Origin: Candidatus Hadarchaeales archaeon
GTDB taxonomy: Archaea; Hadarchaeota; Hadarchaeia; Hadarchaeales; Hadarchaeaceae
Assembly (NCBI GenBank): GCA_038823825.1
Contig: JAWBCC010000001.1
Location: 330,001-362,000 of the forward strand
Reading direction: 5' to 3'
Length of the DNA stretch: 32,000 nt
Position numbers and translations under genes: made by a program. Shown in pieces: positions 28,190-32,000 of the stretch (its first letter is position 1; each line of letters begins with the position of its first letter). The notes below the pieces were generated by a model. The model worked only from the letters and a program-made list of their open reading frames with translations. It searched no databases and was not told where the DNA came from.

Positions 28190-30573
28190 ACCTTTCCCAT
28201 TCTCACAATGATCTTGTGAATCTTTCCGTCACCTATTGGTGGTATCACCGGTTCCGCAAGTTTTTTGTTGTCTAGAATAACTTCACGCACGCCGGTATTC
28301 ACACCTTCAGGATTTTCTACCTCGATTTCATAAATCGCTCCTCTGAATTTTCTGATAACCCTGAACCTCTTCCAGCTTTTTGGAATGCAGGGGTCGATGA
28401 GTAGGCCTTTTTCAACCGGCCTTACTCCAAGAATCCACTCCGTGCAAACTTTAAACATCCAAGCTGCAGATCCAGTATACCATGTCCAGCTTCCTCTTCC
28501 ATAATTCTTGGCTGTAGGTCCGTCGGTGTTCCCCGGTAGAACATAAGGTTCGGCCTGATATGCGTCAGCGTCTAATGCTCGCAGCGGCGGACACATTCTG
28601 CGGAAGATGTCGTACGCTTTTTCCGCTTCTCGTAATTTACAATATGCCAGTATGCACCATGTCCCAGCGTGTGTGTAAACTCCTCCGTTTTCTCTTAAAC
28701 CAGGAGCATAGCGCGTAATATATCCGATTGTGTTATCGGGTTTCGTGTAAGCTGGATGTAACAAAAGAGGTCCATAATCCATTAAAAGATACTTTTCAAT
28801 TGCTTGTTTTATCTTATCAACCCTTTCGGGTGGAGTGATCTCGTTTATTATGGCCCAAGTCTGCGCATTTAGATATATCCTTCCTTCTTCACATGTTTTA
28901 CTCCCGATTAGACTGCCATCATCTTTTGATGCCCTCCAGTACCACTCACCGTCCCATCCATATTCGTTTATTTTCTCTTTCAATTCTTCAGCTCTTCTTT
29001 CGTATAGCGCTGCTTTTTCATTTAGTCCGACTTTTCTACAAACTTTGGCGAATCTTTTCAGTAGACCATACAGGAAATGTCCTAACCAGATTGATTCTCC
29101 TTTCCACTGCAAACCTACTGCGCTCAAACCGTCGTTCCAATCTCCGGCGCCAATCAGCGGAAGTCCGCGAGGACTAAAGCGAGAGAGCGCTAAATCTATC
29201 GCCTTCAGACAATGATTCAAAATGGTGTCCTCGGGCCCGTCAACGTAAGGTACTTTTTCCTCCAGTATTTTGTAGTCATCAGTTTCTTCAAGATAGAATG
29301 TCAGGATGTACGGGAGCCAGAGCATATTATCGGAAATGTTTGTTCTCATGCCGATTGTCGTTCCGGGATGCCACCAGTGATAGACTGCACCATCTTGGAA
29401 CTGCGCACAGGCATGCAGCAAGATTTGCTTTTTGGTTATCTCAGGATCTAACGGGAGCGCAATCAGGCTACTCTGGAGCTGATCTCTGAAGCCATAAGCT
29501 CCGGAGCACTGGTAGTAGCCAGTTCTAGCCCACATGTGTCCGGAGAGGGCCTGGTATTTTAGCCAGTAGTTAATGAGAATGTTGAACGCATTATCCGGAG
29601 TTTCGACCAATATGCCAGACACGAGATTTTCCCAAAAATCAATCACCTTCCGTAACGCCTCTTCGACGTTGATCGGGTCATGATATTTTCTGATCAAACT
29701 TTCGATCTTCTCTCTTTTTTCGGCCCCAAGCAAGAAAATGATAGTTTTTTCCTCACCGGGCTTCAGATGAATTCTGACGTGGAGACTCGCGATGCTGTCG
29801 CAGAACTTTCCAACATTTCCCGAGAGTCTGCCACTTTCCACAGCTGCGGGCCTGCGTATGTCTCCTCGCCTACCCAAAAAAGAGAGTTTGTCTCCTTCAA
29901 AACCTTCTGGTTTCATGTTGACTGAGTGGAAGGCTTCGAGCGGGATTTCTGGCTGTCCTGTGCTGATGTATCTCGGCGTCGGGAGTGGACGCTTCTTTGC
30001 AAATATACAGTTGAGATCCGTAATATATTCAGTCTCTATAAATGTTTTGTGAAACTCGCGATGTGTATCCATTCCGTTTCCGAGACACCACTCAAGATAC
30101 GTGAACAGACTGATAGCACGAGAGCGCGCGGAGGAGTTTCTCAACTTTACACGCCATATTTCCAGCGGTTCTCCGATTGGTACAAAAACGAGCATCGAAC
30201 AGTCTAAACCAGACCTTGCGCTTTTGATCTCTGTGTATCCCAAACCGTGTACAACCTCGTATTTCTCAAAATCTGGACAGCAGGGTTTCCATCCCAAAGA
30301 CCAGAATTCACCATTTTCATCGTCGCGCACATAGATGTACTTTCCATATTCGTCGCGGATGAGATCTTGATGCCAAATGTTCAACCTAGCGAGAGCAGAG
30401 TTTCCTCTCCAGCTGAAGCCGCTACCAGCCTGGGAGATGGCTAACCCATAGTCTCCATTACATATTATGTTCACCCATGGCGCTGGAGTGTCGGGCCTAG
30501 TTATTACAAATTCCCTGCCGTTTTTCGTGAAGTATCCGTACTTGTTTGACAAAAGTCTCTGCTCCTGTGACAT
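28183..30573 (-). CDS. GH94-family glycoside phosphorylase (cellobiose/oligoglucan phosphorylase-like)
   Basis: 796 aa; FSWRGNSALARLNIWHQDLI, GAYGFRDQLQSSLIAL, HWWHPGTTIGMRTNISDNMLWLPY, GAGDWNDGLSAVG (catalytic-Asp motif), ESIWLGHFLY, PYVLPGNTDGPTAKNYGRGSWTWYTGSAAW. Confidence 0.92.
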   Translation of the reverse strand: MSQEQRLLSNKYGYFTKNGREFVITRPDTPAPWVNIICNGDYGLAISQAGSGFSWRGNSALARLNIWHQDLIRDEYGKYIYVRDDENGEFWSLGWKPCCPDFEKYEVVHGLGYTEIKSARSGLDCSMLVFVPIGEPLEIWRVKLRNSSARSRAISLFTYLEWCLGNGMDTHREFHKTFIETEYITDLNCIFAKKRPLPTPRYISTGQPEIPLEAFHSVNMKPEGFEGDKLSFLGRRGDIRRPAAVESGRLSGNVGKFCDSIASLHVRIHLKPGEEKTIIFLLGAEKREKIESLIRKYHDPINVEEALRKVIDFWENLVSGILVETPDNAFNILINYWLKYQALSGHMWARTGYYQCSGAYGFRDQLQSSLIALPLDPEITKKQILLHACAQFQDGAVYHWWHPGTTIGMRTNISDNMLWLPYILTFYLEETDDYKILEEKVPYVDGPEDTILNHCLKAIDLALSRFSPRGLPLIGAGDWNDGLSAVGLQWKGESIWLGHFLYGLLKRFAKVCRKVGLNEKAALYERRAEELKEKINEYGWDGEWYWRASKDDGSLIGSKTCEEGRIYLNAQTWAIINEITPPERVDKIKQAIEKYLLMDYGPLLLHPAYTKPDNTIGYITRYAPGLRENGGVYTHAGTWCILAYCKLREAEKAYDIFRRMCPPLRALDADAYQAEPYVLPGNTDGPTAKNYGRGSWTWYTGSAAWMFKVCTEWILGVRPVEKGLLIDPCIPKSWKRFRVIRKFRGAIYEIEVENPEGVNTGVREVILDNKKLAEPVIPPIGDGKIHKIIVRMGKVY

Positions 30574-30592
30574 GGACCTCTAGAAAACTACT

Positions 30593-30614
30593 CATGCGAT
30601 TTTTTTAGTTTTCG
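30593..30614 (-). promoter_or_regulatory. Candidate BRE/TATA element upstream of the GH94 gene
   Basis: On the minus strand CGAAAACTAAAAAAATCGCATG, about 20 nt before the start codon; A-rich box roughly 26-33 nt upstream of the ATG, consistent with a leaderless archaeal promoter. Confidence 0.5.
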
Positions 30615-30663
30615 TGCACGCAAGAGAAGCTAAATGGTGTTTTGTAAAAAAACGAAAACTAAA
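30604..30663. repeat. 12-bp perfect inverted repeat in the divergent GH94 / cytosolic-SBP intergenic region
   Basis: TTTAGTTTTCGT (30604-30615) and its exact reverse complement ACGAAAACTAAA (30652-30663). Confidence 0.9.
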
Positions 30664-30749
30664 TTAAAATTCTTTTTTGGAACTAATTTTACTCTAGCTT
30701 TTTCCAAAAAGGGTTAAAACCTTTGCTGTCTTAAATAAAATGTGAGAGG

Positions 30750-31925
30750 GTGAAAGAAAAGCTTGAAGTTTATCACTTCTGGATAGGGCATGAGCATGCA
30801 CCAATAAAAAGTTTCTTGGATTTTTTTGCGAGAAAGTATTCAATTGAGGTCAGAGACATAGCGATGGAATGGGGTATCCATAGCGCGATAACTCAGGCTA
30901 AAGTTATGAGAGAGAATCCGCCCGATATCGTAGCCACGGATATAGGACGGAGGCTGGCTGATTACGTTAAAACTGGCGAAATTGCCGAAGTCGAAAAGAT
31001 CTGGTCGAGTAAAAGTCTCAAAAAAGCAATACCGGACTGGATAAAAGAAGCCTGCAGCGTAGACGGCAAAATCTACGGTGTGCCGTCTAAATGTTTCACC
31101 TTTGCAGTCTGGTATCTGAAAAGAGTCTTCAAAAAGTACAACTTAGAACCTCCGGAAAGCTGGGACGAATTTTTAGAAATATGTAAGAAACTTTCCCAGA
31201 AAGGTATCAGACCAATAGTCTCTAGTTCTTGGGAGGTTTCTCTCTGGTTTGAGAACATCTTGGTTCGATTTGTGGGGCCGGATTTTTACAACGCTTTGAT
31301 GAGGGGCGAAGAGAGCTGGCTGGATCCGCGTGTTATCGAGGCTTATGAAACCTTGAGAGAGCTTTCGGAGTATTTCTTGCCAGGACCATTCAGCTATAGT
31401 TTTCGCGAGTCTTGGGAGGCTCTAAACGCTGAAAAAGCGGTCATGCAACTTCAAGGAGATTGGGTTAATGAGATGTGGAAGGTCGGTTATGGCTATAAAC
31501 CGGGTGTTGACTATGACTTTTTCTTGATACCGCCGATAGATGACAAAGTAGGTCATGTCATGATAACCGGTGGAAACGCTTGGTTGATGACTAAAAGAGC
31601 TCCACACAAGAATGAAGCTAAAACTTTCATGACTTTCGCCGCATCCAAAAGGGCCCACGAAATACTGGCAAAGGAAGGGATGGGCATAATGAGCAGAATC
31701 GATGTTCCTGAGCAACTCTATGATCCCGTCTCCTTAAGATTGCTCAAGAGTCTACAGAAATATCCTAATGTGCTTCAAATGGACGCGATACTGCCGGCTA
31801 CCGTGTTGAGCGTGGAAAGATTACAGCAGGCACAAATCGTTTTGGGAGAGGAATTTAGCAGGAAGCGAATAGAGGCGCTTTTAGAAGAGATCCAGAAAGT
31901 AAGTGAAGGAATCCGACAGAGGTGA
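30750..31925 (+). CDS. ABC-type sugar-binding-protein-like protein lacking any signal peptide
   Basis: 391 aa starting MKEKLEVYHFWIGHEHAPIKSFLDFFARKYSIEV; SBP-like PPESWDEFLEICKKL, LNAEKAVMQLQGDWVNEMW, GGNAWLMTKRAPHKNEAKTFMTFAA; no hydrophobic N-terminus. Confidence 0.85.
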   Translation: MKEKLEVYHFWIGHEHAPIKSFLDFFARKYSIEVRDIAMEWGIHSAITQAKVMRENPPDIVATDIGRRLADYVKTGEIAEVEKIWSSKSLKKAIPDWIKEACSVDGKIYGVPSKCFTFAVWYLKRVFKKYNLEPPESWDEFLEICKKLSQKGIRPIVSSSWEVSLWFENILVRFVGPDFYNALMRGEESWLDPRVIEAYETLRELSEYFLPGPFSYSFRESWEALNAEKAVMQLQGDWVNEMWKVGYGYKPGVDYDFFLIPPIDDKVGHVMITGGNAWLMTKRAPHKNEAKTFMTFAASKRAHEILAKEGMGIMSRIDVPEQLYDPVSLRLLKSLQKYPNVLQMDAILPATVLSVERLQQAQIVLGEEFSRKRIEALLEEIQKVSEGIRQR

Positions 31926-31934
31926 ATACATTTG

Positions 31935-32000
31935 GTGAGAAGGATTTCTTCTGTCATTGGACTTTTTTCGGCTAAGGGAGGCGTAGGAAAGACAGTTCTA
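31935..32000 (+). CDS. ParA/MinD-type ATPase, N-terminal fragment (truncated by window edge)
   Basis: Translation from GTG 31935: (M)RRISSVIGLFSAKGGVGKTVL...; contains the deviant Walker A KGGVGKT diagnostic of the ParA/MinD group. Confidence 0.78.
   Translation, partial: MRRISSVIGLFSAKGGVGKTVL

Noticed and set aside
17989-30573. Glycan locus as part of a mobile element or phage island
   Set aside because: No integrase, transposase, terminal repeats, att-like tRNA or direct target duplications were seen; composition looks similar to the flanks by eye.
30574-30749. CRISPR or terminator interpretation of the inverted repeat
   Set aside because: Only one inverted pair, with no repeated spacer architecture. 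The 36-nt loop and divergent gene context fit promoters or an operator better than a terminator.

Overview
This looks like archaeal chromosomal DNA. The evidence is rpL31e, rpL39e, rpL18a/LX, rpS19e, aIF6, a PDCD5-like protein, prefoldin, an Rpp21-like RNase P subunit and Nep1 on one strand, plus frequent GTG/TTG starts and TATA-like boxes close to start codons. It has three parts. (1) 1-5664, minus strand: a conventional archaeal translation/SRP cluster, including an rpL39e gene too short for the supplied ORF track. (2) 5722-17984: an FeS XPD/DinG-like helicase directly followed by a pilus/secretion-type ATPase with an atypical P-loop and its membrane partner, then housekeeping genes (B3/B4-domain protein, metallophosphoesterase, Trm5-like methyltransferase, RNase HII, MoaB-like protein), two pseudopilin-like membrane-anchored proteins and a PflX-type radical SAM protein. 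(3) 17989-32000: a carbohydrate locus with a MalK-like ATPase, two membrane-anchored GH144-type ('Glycoamylase' PF10091-like) proteins, an anchored carbohydrate-binding-like protein, an ABC substrate-binding protein with two permeases, and a GH94-type phosphorylase. These together suggest an archaeal beta-glucan (possibly beta-1,2-glucan) degradation, import and phosphorolysis pathway. Its right edge carries the most unusual feature: a substrate-binding-protein paralogue with no signal peptide (an in-frame stop lies just upstream), followed within about 10 nt by a ParA/MinD-type ATPase cut by the window end. I saw no CRISPR array, rRNA, convincing tRNA or mobile element. All family assignments come from reading the sequences, not from database searches.
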